A stretch of 61,564 bases of DNA, the filler included, from Sphacelaria rigidula (taxonomy: Eukaryota), in the NCBI GenBank assembly GCA_964200075.2. It is 5 parts of 5 records of this genome, joined end to end, with 100 filler letters (N's around TTAATTAATTAA, not from the genome) between each part and the next. Parts side by side here need not be neighbours in the genome. Positions count along the whole stretch, not along the records: positions 12,335 to 24,567 come from CAXNAA020003976.1; positions 24,668 to 36,900 come from CAXNAA020003977.1; 3 more parts are not named here. One strand, 5' to 3'. Under the pieces are notes generated by a model, which saw only the letters and a program-made list of their open reading frames with translations, was not told where the DNA came from and made no database searches. Numbering within the stretch: the first letter of the stretch is position 1; the number at the start of each line of letters is the position of its first letter. The position numbers were made by a program, and so were the translations under genes. Shown here piece by piece: positions 13,076-25,862 of this stretch.

Positions 13076-13650
13076 AAATTAATCTAGCTCGGCCACCATC
13101 ATGGTTACCGCAAAGAAAACGCAAGCGAGGAAAAACACGGTAACCTGGTTGCCTCGCTCCCGCAGCGGGGGGTGTACTCATTCGTTGCTTGCCTTAGTCG
13201 TTTCACCATTGACCACGCATTGCTTTCGAGACGGCGCACCGTTCCTACTCCTAATAGAGACACTTTCAACATTTGGGTGCTCAGTACGTCTCTTTCGTGC
13301 ATTACAAAAACCCTCCACATATCTTATTCCCTTCCTGATTCGCTGTCTGTGGCCACCATCTTTTCCCTAGTACAGCGATCATTTTTCTCTACTATCTAAT
13401 GCATCGAACGATTTCATGCCATCTCCGTTTACTTCCCGCACCCCCCCCTCCAACACGTCCCGTTCCTCCTTGTATTCTCCTTGTATAGACTAGTTCATAT
13501 TATGCCACTGTATGAATTCTACTCTGTTGCTTTGCCACAGGGGCGATTCTATGCATCTACTTCTCCACTCTACGATCGTACCACTGGCACACATTTTTCT
13601 TCGTTCTGGCAGGTCCAGGACCTCCACGCGCAATCGCAATTTCATTTTTT

Positions 13651-15408
13651 CAAGGGTAGGTCGAGTAGAGTGTACTCAATACTCAGTATTTTTGAAGAGT
13701 CATACTTTTAGTACTCAAAGCTTGAGTAGAGAATTTGAGGTCGTACTCAACCTACTCCAAATTTAAGTAGAGTATTGAGGTCATACTCAAGTGATACTCT
13801 ATACTCGAGTACTACTGAGAGTGCTTACTCAAAATTTGAGTAGAGAATTTGAGATTGTACTCGACCTGCTTGAAATTTGGGTAGAGTATCGGAGGCCGTA
13901 CTCGATCTACTCAAAATTTGGGTAGAGTATTTGAGGCCATACTTTTAGTACTCAAAATTCGAGTAGAGTATTGAGGTCATACTCGAGTGATACTCTACAC
14001 TCAAGTAATACTGGGAGTGCTTACTCAAAATTTGAGTAGAGTATTGGAGGTCGTACTCGACCTACTCAAAATTTGAGTCGAGTGGTGGAGGCCGTACTCA
14101 ACGTACTCAAAATTTGAGCAGAGTGGTGGAGGCCGTACTCGACCTACTTGAAATTTGGGTAGAGTATTGGAGGCCGTACTCGATCTACTCAAAATTTGGG
14201 TAGAGTATTTGAGGCCATACTTTTTGTACTCAAAATTCGAGTAGAGGATTGAGGTCAAACTCGAGTGATACTCTACACTCAAGTATTACTGGGAGTGCTT
14301 ACTCAAAATTTGAGTAGAGTATTTGAGGTCGTACTCGACCTACTCAAAATTTGAGTCGAGTGGTGGAGGCCGTACTCAACGTACTCAAAATTTGAGCAGA
14401 GTGGTGGAGGCCGTACTCGACCTACTTAAACATTGGGTAGAGTATTGGAGGCCGTACTCGATCTACTCAGACGTCGAGTAGAGTAAATACTTGAGTATTC
14501 TACTCGAGTACTCAAAAGTACGTACTCTACTCAACCTACCCTTAAAAAAATGATCGCTTCCATACTGAACCGGCTGATGAAATGAGGCGCTGGGGCAGGT
14601 AGGTTCATTCACCTGCACGCTTCTTTTTTTTATGTCCATCATTCGCTCACAGTCCTTGTTGGTTGTGATGTAACGCCGCCCATTCAGTTGATGGCCATCG
14701 TTCGCCCATGTTTTAAACACAGTCCGTGAAGTGACGTCACGAAGTCGCCGACTGTCACGGATAGTCACCATACCCAAGGGGTAGTCTATACTCAAGTATT
14801 ACTGAGAGGGCTTACTCAAAATTTGCGTAGAGTATTTGAGGTCGTACTCGATCTACTCATAATTTGAGTAGAGTATTTGAGACCATACTCAACCTACTCA
14901 AAATTTGAGTAGAGTATTTGAGGCCGTACTCGACCTACTCGAAATTTGAGTAGAATATTGAGGTCATACTCAAGTGATACTCTATACCCAAGTATTACTG
15001 AGAGTGCTTACTAAATATTTGGGTGAAGAATTTGAGGTCGTACTTGACCTACTCAAAATTCGAGTAGAGTAGGTGAGACCATACTCAACCTACTCAAAAT
15101 TTGAGTAGAGTATTCGAGGCCGTACTCGAGCTACTTGAAATTGGAGTAGAGTATTGAGGTCATACTCAAACGATATTCTATACTCGAGTATTACAGAGAG
15201 CGCTTACTCAAAATTTGATTACAATATTTGAGGTCGTACTCGACCTACTCAAAATTTGAGTAGAGTATTTGAGGCCGTACTCGACCTTCTCAAAATTTGA
15301 GTAGACTATTTTAGGCCGTACTTGACCTACTCAAACGTCGAGTAGAGTAAATACTTGAGTATTTTACTCAAGTACTCAGAAGTACATACTCTCCTCGATC
15401 TCCCCTTG
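13651..15408. mobile_element. TIR-bounded element(s) filled with a ~40-bp palindromic minisatellite
   Basis: Left end CAAGGGTAGGTCGAGTAGAGT; matching inverted ends ACTCTACTCAACCTACCCTT (~14543) and ACTCTCCTCGATCTCCCCTTG (15408). The internal unit GTACTCGACCTACTCAAAATTTGAGTAGAGTATTTGAGGCC is repeated dozens of times, with a non-repetitive spacer at ~14545-14785. Confidence 0.85.
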
Positions 15409-18302
15409 CGATTTTTTCGCGGAATCCATTGAGCCATGCAGTTATGGTTTCATCCCTGATCACCGGTCACGACGTCGGAGTGCGGTGTCACCACGTCTGG
15501 CCAGTCTTGAGAAGAGACAGATTCAAGCGACGTAAGCTCGAGTGATTGCCAGGGTACGAGTACCACCGAGTGAGTCGAGCATTTTCGGGTCGGTGATGGT
15601 AGCGTTCGTCCTGTTCAGCGGGACGACATCATGCGAGTTTCATGGCCCCAATCTTGAATATTCCACGGGAGAGGCATTTACCGTTTTTCAAACGAAAATA
15701 GTGTACACACCACCAGTCGACGCTAATGCGCACTAGGCGGTCTTGTGAGGCTTTGAGGCCCAGAGCGTAGCTCCAGTCACAACTGACTGCCAGATGGCGC
15801 CGTCAATAGTATGTGAGCAGTCGTAAGCCTTGTGCTGTAGGGGAACGTGGCCAGTAAAAGCGCGGACAAGAATGCTGCAGTAGAGTGCGCTCGATGAGTA
15901 ATATTTATCTCGAAAAAAATGTACTAATGAACCCTCAGAGCTGAGTAGGCGTATAGATTGGTCTGTTGATTTGGATAATTGTCGCACATGATCAACTGGT
16001 CTCCGAGAGACCGGGTCTCCAAACCACATTTTTGCGTCTAGGCCGGCCCAGCTCGTATGCGATTTTTTTTCTTTTTAATAGAGCTCTAGTTGATGATCTT
16101 TGTTTCTTGATCTCGGTTTTGTTTCTGTTTGGCTTCGCGTATCGAGTGGGAGCGTTGGGCTTTATCTCCGTTAGTCTGAATGAATGGTCGCCTGCGGCAC
16201 CGCATCTACTATGATGTTATTATCATTCGTTTTTGTTGTATGGCGTCCGCGTTGTTTTCTCTGGGTCCTACTTGACTTCATAATTATAGTATACTCGTAA
16301 CTTGTTCTGGGTACAGAGCCATAGCCTGCGATCACGGAAGGCATCCGCATCAGATGCCCAGTGCGAAACGCACAATAGTTTATCCCACTTGGGCAGAATC
16401 ATTTATGATCTTGACGTAATAATGGTGGCCGAATATAGTGCCGACTCAAATCGCCTGGCGTTGAGACATCCACGTCACGAATGCCCTTTCCCGTCGATCA
16501 CGATCAAATTTAACATTCATGTGTTGGGTAGTGAACAATAGACTTCAAATTGGTATATCATTCGGTCAAGCGAAAATACAACGGGGAACGACGACAGACC
16601 TCGGTAACTGATCCTATACATCTCGTGCGGTTTGTCTGTATTTTTCACCGGAGGCACATTCGGAAGTAAACCGGCGCCGGACGGGGCTTGTGGCGGATTC
16701 TTTTCCCACATATGACGATCGTGCGATGAGGTTACGGTGCTCTATATGGCAAGCACAGGCTCACTGGGCAAGACAAGGGGGTCAGTCTTCACATTGAACG
16801 GCCAAGCAGGATGATGGGCACCGTCTGACACAGATGTGTCCGGGAAAGAGCAGAATTTCACGCGTAGGATGTATGTCTTCTTTATTGCTTGGTCTCAACC
16901 TTCCAGTATCCAATCAATAAATCCAATCTCACGCTCAGTCAATCAGTCTCACCGGTGTTAGACTTCTTCGCTGGAAGAGGGGTGCAGATGGTGGTGCTTG
17001 GATGCGTATCGTGCATCTAAGCGCTTCTCTATTTCTGTATGTCCTTGCTATTTACAAGTTCACACTTGTATCTGACCAACTCTGAACAGACCTACAATAT
17101 TAGGTCTTAGAATACCGGAAACGCAATAGCCGGACTCATCAACGGGTCTGAGGCGGCATGACAACAGGCTTACATGCGTCCTCATGACAATCGAGCAATT
17201 ATTATGCGTGTGACAGTATTCTATGTGGCTACATTGAACAAAGCAAACACGCAAAAAAAACGTATTTCAACAGGACTATTGCGCACCCAAGACAACAAGG
17301 ACTACCGAACGATGACACACGCGCTGGCATCGGAGACATCCCATGGTGGGGAATGCCTAAACGGCTGCCCTAAGCAAGAGTATTCATGGATGCCTTTAGG
17401 TGCAATTGCGTGAGGTAAACGATCGTCAACCCCCCCAGTATGCCGCTCTATCAACACGAAGAGACTATCGAGTACTCTTCACGGCCACAAGCAACGTCTC
17501 AAAGTGGTCCGTTCGAACAACAATTTGGTCGAAACCCCGCTACCTCCCATGGGATGCCTCATACAAAAAGTGTCTTTCAATTCGCGATCGACGGAAGATA
17601 CGCAACCAGCCATGCTCGGCGTCAACGTTCATCCGTGCAGTCGGTAGGTTACCCTCGTGCTCCGGCTCTACAGCGTACAGTCGTGAGTACCACCGTAGCA
17701 TGACTCACTAGGCACAGCTGTGGCTGTTCAGTGAGTACCAGCGTATCAAGCGTTAGCCAATACCGAACCCTCTCCTCAGTCAAAATCCCACCCCCCTATA
17801 TTTACAGCAAAGATAGATAATTCTATCTACTGCAAGGCGTATGAAACGGCTCGTTTATTGCCATCACCATCATTACCACTACGTGTAAATGCACATCTTG
17901 TTACCGGTACTGTTGATGAGATGAAGCTCCGAGGGAAAACGATCCTGCCTCGATCCTCCCGAATGGCCGTGCAGACATGCTTGGCTAACACCTCTGCTGA
18001 CATGAAACACGGGAATACTCGTATGCAAAAAAGGACAGATGAACAGCATGAGGTACGGAGCGCTCTAGGGCGCCGATGCGGACCCTTCTTGTGGTGGTGG
18101 TTGCGACTGAAAGGAGTTAAACTGGGACTGTTACTTCCCACAGTATTCATAGACACTGCTCCAGTTGTCGCGCGGCCACGACACAGTTGTTTGCGTTTAT
18201 GTCAACGGTGGTCAATGGATGCATGCGTTCCTCTTGTTTTTTAACACCCGTCCGTTGATAGCCGTAGCTACCACCCGATGGATACCTATAGCTGCTCGGG
18301 AA

Positions 18303-21147
18303 TCACCGGTCACACCGTCTCTGCGTTCTCATGATGTACTGTAAGTTGCAGACGAACAACGGCGGCGGTGGTCGGAGTAGCGAACGAAGGGCCGAGTGAT
18401 ATGAGGTCGTTTCTACCATGCGATGATTCTGCTTCAACGTTACGAGAGTATCCGAAGAAAGTTGAACGTTTCACTTTTCGCGACAAGAGAAATTCGCCTG
18501 CCCATGTCTCACCGTGAACTCGTCGAGAGAGATATGGCCTTCCAGGTCGTGGTCAAATTCATCCATCATCGCCTGAAGTTCCCGTTCTCCGAGTGTTTCC
18601 CCGAGGTCTCTCGACACTCGTCGAAGATTCTTGATCGTTATCTGCATGTACACGGATATATAAATATATATATATATATATATGAACGATCCCACCGTTA
18701 CCTGACAGAACAAGAGTCGTCGAGTGTAACCTCCTGCGGTTCCAAACAAATAGCGAGGACAAATTCCTACTGCAATAATAGTTCGCTATTTGAATATATA
18801 ACCCTACAGTGAGCGCGGCTCAAGGGCACCGCCCTAGCTTTGAGCCCATATCCTATGCATAAGTGATGCAAGCCTTGATTTTTCTCAATCTGCGCAGCGA
18901 TGAGCTGCCAGTCGAGAAGGAGAGAAAATAGGGAGGGGACAGTAGCAGGTGGTCCAAACGAGTTGATATGAGCATCGGCGCTCCTCTGCGTGTGCCAATA
19001 GCCCACCATCCGAGGCACATGTACATCTATCTACAAGGGGAATAGTTTACACTAGAGCTCTACTCTCATTGTGGTGCTCTCGTCGGCATGTAATTTACCG
19101 AACATACGGTACCGACGACTGCCACCTCTACCGTTGGCGTCAACTTTTACATATCTGATTGCAAACGAGTTCGTCCGACCGTGATAATACGCGCATCTCT
19201 TACTATTTGTGATCTCCAGGTTGAAGATCACAAACACCACGCCACAATACATGCGGTAGCTGCTTACGAATGATATTCGTTACTCGCCAGTATTGTTAGA
19301 TACAAGCTCACACGAGCTACTGCGGTATATGTTGTACACGTTGTACATACCTTGCCAGTGCCGTCGGTGTCAAACAAATTGAATGCCTTCACGATCTCCT
19401 CCTCCGGATCTAGCTTGGCATATCGCTCTTGCACTGAAGCACACGAGTTGTTGCGCCACACAAGAGCACAACAAACAGCAGTTCCGGAGAAGCACAACTT
19501 AGGTTGCGCATTTTGCATCTAATTACACTCCCGACGGAATATGGAAAAGTGAATCGAAGTGCATATGTCGGGGGATTGTCTGGACGCGATACGATCTCGA
19601 TCTCTCTATGTAAATCCATGCTAAAATAACGCCAGCAGCTCAGCTACTATGTAGCAATGTGGCACATGAGCAATTTCTGCCTTTTTGAGCGATAGGCTAT
19701 ACACCATGATGTTATGTTTCTTTCTTTATTTGGGGTACTCACTAACGAGCCTGAGCGTATGCAGATCCACGCTGCCACCCGAATCGGGATCTGCTTGGTG
19801 TACGATCAACGGCATCTCGGAGCGTCGAACTGTGAACCCTAGCGATCGCATCAGCACCTGCACACCACGCCAATGAAGATTTACATTAATCTGACGGATG
19901 CTTTCTAGCACATGGGAGTAGAGAACAAGGTCACCCTCTCACGAGTTTTCAGACATGTTCTGCCATGGTTCTAAAGTGTTGGGAAGTGTTGCCCGAGCAC
20001 ATTATCCTGCTGCCATGTACAAAATGACAACTCTAGCAGTGCAAGCAATGTCATCATCAGTGGCTCGACACCACGCCCGACAGCACGTACGCCCGACCAT
20101 TCGAGACGTCGACCGTATTGCCAGTGATCGAACCAGTGCGTGGGTACCACTCACGCTACAGTTCCAGGGAATGACCGTGCGTTGCATTACTCTGCTACGT
20201 CCACACGCTCTTCATGCGCCCAACATCATCAACAACAACAACGAATTTTGCTTCGTTTGATTCCATGTTTCAAGATGAGAGAATATAAAGTGAAATGCCA
20301 TTCGAAAGAGCACACGCGGCCAGGATGCTTTCCTCCCTCTCTCTGTTGACCCGTCGGTCGTGCCCTCACTAGCGCGTATAGCCCGCATAGGTGGGAATAT
20401 CCCAATGCGTTTGTACGGTCCGCGAAGCGCCTGCTGTGCTCCGTGGCCAACGTGTACCTCCGCGTCGAGTCTATATTGATGCCATTTCTCCGAACAATTC
20501 GATCTCGCCCGTGGTTGTTCCGGGTGTGTATTATGTTAGTATAATGTGAAGTATATTTCTGATCATGGCATGGGAAATGAAGTAGCAACAACTTTACGTC
20601 TGACTCTTGAACTATTGCAAAAAAAACTCAGAATATCCTTCCGTCGGCCGTGTATTCACGTCGATTTTTTTTCATCACAACATATAAATTACACAGTGCA
20701 CGCACAACTCGAATAGCACCTCTACCAGTCGCCGGGAACCCGCCCTGCTCCCTCAGGTACGAATGTAGGCTAGTCCTCAGAGCGTAATCTTGTTTCCGTA
20801 TCGATCAAGTGTCGCATTGTCGACACCATGACATCCAGACATGATGGTCACTAGCACAGAAAACTTGCTTACAATTTCCCCGAGTATCACCTTGGCCTCG
20901 TACAAGTCAAGAACCCCCTTCTCGCTGTAGTCAAACAAGGCGAATGCTTCGTCCACTTCCTTCATCTGCGCCGACGTCATCGGCACCGAAGGCTCGTTTG
21001 GGATTGACGGCGGCTGCGAATCACACAGGACCGGAGCACAAAACAGCGAGCGCTTTAGATGGTACGCGACAAGATTCTTTTAGTTCACGGGCTGTTCTTG
21101 GCATGTATCCGGGGCAGTCCGCCACGCACCGGGCACAGGGTCACCAT
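18303..21147 (-). CDS. Divergent centrin-3/CDC31-like EF-hand protein, ~167 aa, 6 exons
   Basis: Phase-consistent GT-AG exons: 21130-21147 (MVTLCP, least certain), 20891-21013 (..[25 protein letters not shown]), 19743-19857 (VLMRSLGF..), 19351-19433 ([20 protein letters not shown]), 18513-18641 ([38 protein letters not shown]), 18303-18338 ([11 protein letters not shown]). Confidence 0.92.
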
Positions 21148-22599
21148 TTTCTGTCCTGCCTCTACACGGTGGTGTCGAGCTCACGACTGCCTCCTGGACG
21201 CCGGAACATGGCGAGCGATGTTATGTCATGGCCATAGCGAGATGGAGATGTGGTGCAACGCAGAGATTTTTGCCCTGAGTGTGGAGTTGTGACGACAGAA
21301 TCGCTCGATAATGGGACAGACGAACTTCAGGACGTGAAGCGCGGGCGGGACATTTACGTATGAGGCTCGGCTGGTTGGATGAGTGCTCGTCATACCCTTG
21401 TGTGACTCTCAGCACAACATGCTGACACCATATCATCGAACGTACCCACACGTTAGATGCGATGGGGCTTTGTTTATCGTGTATTCTCGTGGCCGACTGT
21501 TCATGCCCCTTCGCAATCTTGTCCTTGATCTTCCTTCTTGGAGTCATTCTAGAGACCGCGAAGTAACAGTACGAGGTGGGCCAGCGAAGAAATCTGTATT
21601 CCTTCGGCACACGATAGCTTCTTCAGTTTTCCGAATCAGCCTAATGTAAGTATTTCGCTGTGAACTGTAGACCAACCTGCTGATGATAATCTCTTACAGA
21701 AGAAAAGGCGGAAACGTACTGCATAGTATACATGACTTCAACGACGGAACCAGATTATGCAAAAACAATATCTGCCAGAATTCGAACTCCAAACCCTCCA
21801 CCCTTATGGGAGTCTATATTTATCATTTAGCAGTGGCGTGCTGTCATGAGGAAGGAAGATAGAGAGGCGTTATTTGTTCCTTCAGACAGTTTTAGGGCAG
21901 GTTGGCTCACAGATCACTCGATCCAGCCATGGGAATGCTCCTATAGTTTTGGAGAAGGTTGATGTACAGGCTACGTTCTAGGGAAGATTGATGCACAGGC
22001 TGGTATATCTTAGCTGGAGAAGATTAGTGTGCAGGCTGACATGCCCTGATCCCGAGGAGGCAAACGCCTTCTCGGGCCGAGTTCAGATAGGTTGCGTTGC
22101 ATGTACCTCATGCACCCTCGCTCCCTCTTGAGCTAGCTACCCTTCGAGCCGGACCATCTGCTCCTACTGTTTACGTTTGGTGAGAACCGTGTGCTGGGCG
22201 ATCAAGGGAATAATCAATGAGAGTTAAAATATGTCAAGCCTTTGAGCTCCCTTTGTTTGTTGCTACTGTGACCAACAGTCACGTGAACCTGCACGTGTGT
22301 ACCTGCAGCTTGTCTTACTCGGACACATTGCACCTCGTGCATCTTACAAGCTTGCAATACATTGACCTATGAAGGAAGGTGTGTGGATTTTGCATATACC
22401 TCTCTTCATTACAGTGGCGTTCGACTAATTGGCCGTGTCTTGCTTGGTTTTTCAGTAGCCCACGCGCATTCAAATAGCCTGATATCCCGCCCAGCGCTGT
22501 GTGCTTGCTCGTTGTAGACCCTTGCGGACGGTTGACAATTTCTTGTCGGACAGATCCAACCACGCCGCTTTTATCTTACGGCGAAAGCGACTGTACATT

Positions 22600-24215
22600 T
22601 TCTCCTTGCAGGGCGTTGCCCTCGTGCGCCGCTGCTGTGTTTATAGTACGGTGTCCTCTCATCCTTGACACTGATTGCTTTAATGTTTTCGTTCACCGCT
22701 TACAACCTCGCTTACTTTTTCGGTGCGACAATTGCGTAGTCGCAACTGCCGCAGTAGTAGCTGTGATAGTAGCGACCGCCGCTCCAGCGTGCAGAGTACT
22801 GTAGTGCACCCTATTTTGTTCCGCGCGATAATTTGCACCAACACAATTGATACATTTGGTGCTGTACGCCCCTCATCGCACCTCTCATCAGATTTCTATC
22901 ACACCTCCGCCCCGCTACTACATTTTTCGCTGGGCGAGCATCACGTGGTCAACTTTTCACCTTTGGGTCGTGCATTCCCCGACGCGCTTTTCATCTTTTG
23001 CGCGTGTATTCGTGAACACTTTTTTTTTTTTCGCGCGGGTACGACATACACAGTTTCTTTTTCCTTTTGGCCTTGCACAGCGTGTTCCACTTTCTCCTCT
23101 TTGGTGCTCCACTACCTGGATCGCTTCACGATTTCCTGATTTCTTGTTTGAAAGTTTCGTATCTCCCTGTAGTCTTTCAGTTTGGCGCCTGATCTGCACC
23201 AGCATTAGTGCTTCAGTCGGCTGCTACGGTTGTTTTCTCTTGGATCCCTGCACCTGACTTTAGTGTTTCGCACCCTCGCTGCCGCGCTTTTGATTGTTTC
23301 TCTGTATTGAATTCCAACACTATTCACGCGTCGCCTTCACTATCCATACTAGTTTTGGTGTCCATTTCCGCGGTCTCGAGTTGTGTTTTTTCTTCTACAC
23401 CTCCTGTGTGCGGTGTCTTACTTGCACCACTGACGCACCCCAGTCATATTTGACGTGCGCAGTGCGCCCGTCGGACATCTGTCCGGGTGTCTGGCTTATT
23501 TCACAGTCGCCTGCCTCATTGTTAGGTTTTGCTCTTGCTCCGAACCTCTCTTGCGACAACTGTTGGGTTTATCTGTCATTTTGTTCCTTGGCGACTATTA
23601 ATACTTGTGGTTGACCTTCTGTGCGCCCCCCCCCCCGACTAATTTACACCTTTGGTATACCTTCAGTGCGCCCCCCTACTCCCCCATACACAGTTTCCTG
23701 TACCGGTGTCTTATTTCCGCCGCAGTTCCTCACTTTTCGGCGTTTAATAATCTCCTCATTTTTGCTCTGCTGTCTGCCTTTTCGGTACTCGGAATTGCCG
23801 AGCTTACGCTGATTGTTATTGCCACAGCAGTCTACTCAGGTTTGGTGTAACTCCGTTCATCAATTTCTGTACTCTTTACTGCTTCATTTTGCAGCACTTA
23901 CAAGTCTCCTGCCGAGCCTACGCTTCCTGCTATTATTACACCAGACCTATTGTACTCTGGTGTCTGGCGTCCCTTTCTACCACCTCAAGTTAATATGGCG
24001 CAACCGCAGAAAAGAATTCTCCCCTCGGCCCTTCCCCCATACAAATATTTACGCCGTCAGCATTTTCTTTCATCAATCCCTTCAAAACCAAAACCCTTCA
24101 CTATTACTTCCCCCTGGACCCGCAACTCTGGTGACTACACGTCTCAAGACTTGGCTGCTACTGGTGACCACGACCGCCAGTTGCCCAAGACTTCCAACAT
24201 GTCCACCTTGTTGAA
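22600..24215 (-). mobile_element. Highly degenerate LINE-like retrotransposon remnant
   Basis: Purine-rich minus strand with a broken frame. KQLETAEM (~23370-23395) resembles the LINE fragment at 51571 (KKLETVQM), and EVIVKGFGFEG..GRAEG weakly resembles an APE endonuclease N-terminus. Confidence 0.4.
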
Positions 24216-24567
24216 GAAAGGGGACGATCACACTATTAACTGGCAGGGTGAGGGAGCTCGAAGCCTACTCAGAGGCGCGAAGGACGTTGTTGCGGGTGTA
24301 TTTTCCTGAGAGTTTTGGTTTAGGGTCCAGCCGAGCCAAGCACGTTCGCTGCCCTGCAGGCGCAGCCCGGGTGTGGCGGCGGGGGGCGCCGAAGCCCGAG
24401 GGACCTGCAGTGGTGCAGGCGGGGGGAGCGTAAGCGAAGCCGGAGAAGCCGCGGCAGCAGCGTATAAATGCGAAGGCTGGCGGTCTGTTGTAGAGCCAGA
24501 AATAGCGGCGGAAGGTGCAGGCTCAGTCGGCGTTGTCCGGAGCAGAGGGAGGTTTTGCTCTTGTGCC

Positions 24568-24667
24568 NNNNNNNNNNNNNNNNNNNNNNNNNNNNNNNNN
24601 NNNNNNNNNNNTTAATTAATTAANNNNNNNNNNNNNNNNNNNNNNNNNNNNNNNNNNNNNNNNNNNN
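24568..24667. other. Artificial N linker
   Basis: N-TTAATTAATTAA-N, 100 nt. Confidence 0.97.
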
Positions 24668-25862
24668 GGCGTCAGGGCTCCGGTGGGGTGGGTGGTGAGT
24701 CGGGACGATTCCCCCCCCCCCCTCACGATGCGCACGGGGTCGCACGTGATGTGCACTGTACACATGAATAAGAATTATCTCAATTGCTGCCCGTCACAAA
24801 ATAAACGACATAATCGTCTGCAAGCATACATGTTGACTCAGTTGGACAGCTTGAAATCTGAAACACTGCATCCCCGGTCTTCATGAATGACGATATAAAA
24901 AACTGTGATGCACGGCATGGTTACTGTCTGTACAATACAGTAGTACCGTGCAGTATATCACGCACTACAACAGTAATCCTTGCTGTATCTTGCGAGCGTG
25001 CAGCACTGCCGTTTTCGGTAATTTTACAAGAACTTTCACGTTGCACATCTCGACCCTGCCTCCACGATCACACGTGAAAATAGGCACACTGGTCTGACAT
25101 GACACAAGCAGCTAGTGTGCCAGGCGGCGGCGCGTGCCGAGGCGATCGCCGAAACCGTGATTCCTGAAATGCCGTGAAACACCATGCTTCGCGGATGAAA
25201 CCTCGTGCACCCGGAGTTGAAGTTCATGTGGACACAGTGCTGCAAGAGTTGCCACATTACGTGCAGCAGGGCGACTTCTATGCTGGCGAACGATATCGAT
25301 CTGTACTGTGGTACTATGTGGATGATGACTTCACACAGAAATCTCCATCGGAGTCAATAGTGTTCACCACTTGGTCGATTAGAACCTTCCCCGAATTTTC
25401 TTACTCGATTTGAGTGTGAACACCGATATTAGGATCTTTAGCGGGGCTGACAGCGCCAACTGCCCCTCGCGTGCGCAGTGAAATCGGCGCCTGCGGCGCC
25501 GTTTCGAGGTCTGCCAACGCCACACTGCCCGAGCTGCGAGGCACTGGAACTTTGCACGTGTTTCCTTTGAAGCTAAGTCAACAACCTCATGGTTATGATC
25601 TCGAGATACGTGCTGCAGCAGCGCGCAACGGGGCGAAAACAGGGCATTTTGTGTTGCGAACAAAATTGTTTCTATTTAGACGCAACGCTGTAGTAACGAC
25701 CACCATGGCAACAGAGGGAGGGCAAAAAGCATTTCTAAATCACACGTGATGTGCAAACAAGAATGTAACGCTTGTATGGTCGTGTCAGTTTTGTCTAGTA
25801 ACGGCATGCATCGGGTGACGTGCCCAACCGTCCTCATTCGGTACTATCATGAGTTGCCCTAC

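Noticed and set aside
13651..15408. CRISPR-like array
   Set aside because: The units are contiguous variants of each other with no unique spacers; there are no cas genes and the context is eukaryotic.
15420..18250. Additional gene downstream of the centrin gene
   Set aside because: Only isolated exon-like pieces were seen; no phase-consistent chain or domain could be built.
25174..25413. Reverse-transcriptase YVDD motif (LWYYVDDDF)
   Set aside because: It is an isolated motif in a 79-aa ORF with no other RT motifs.
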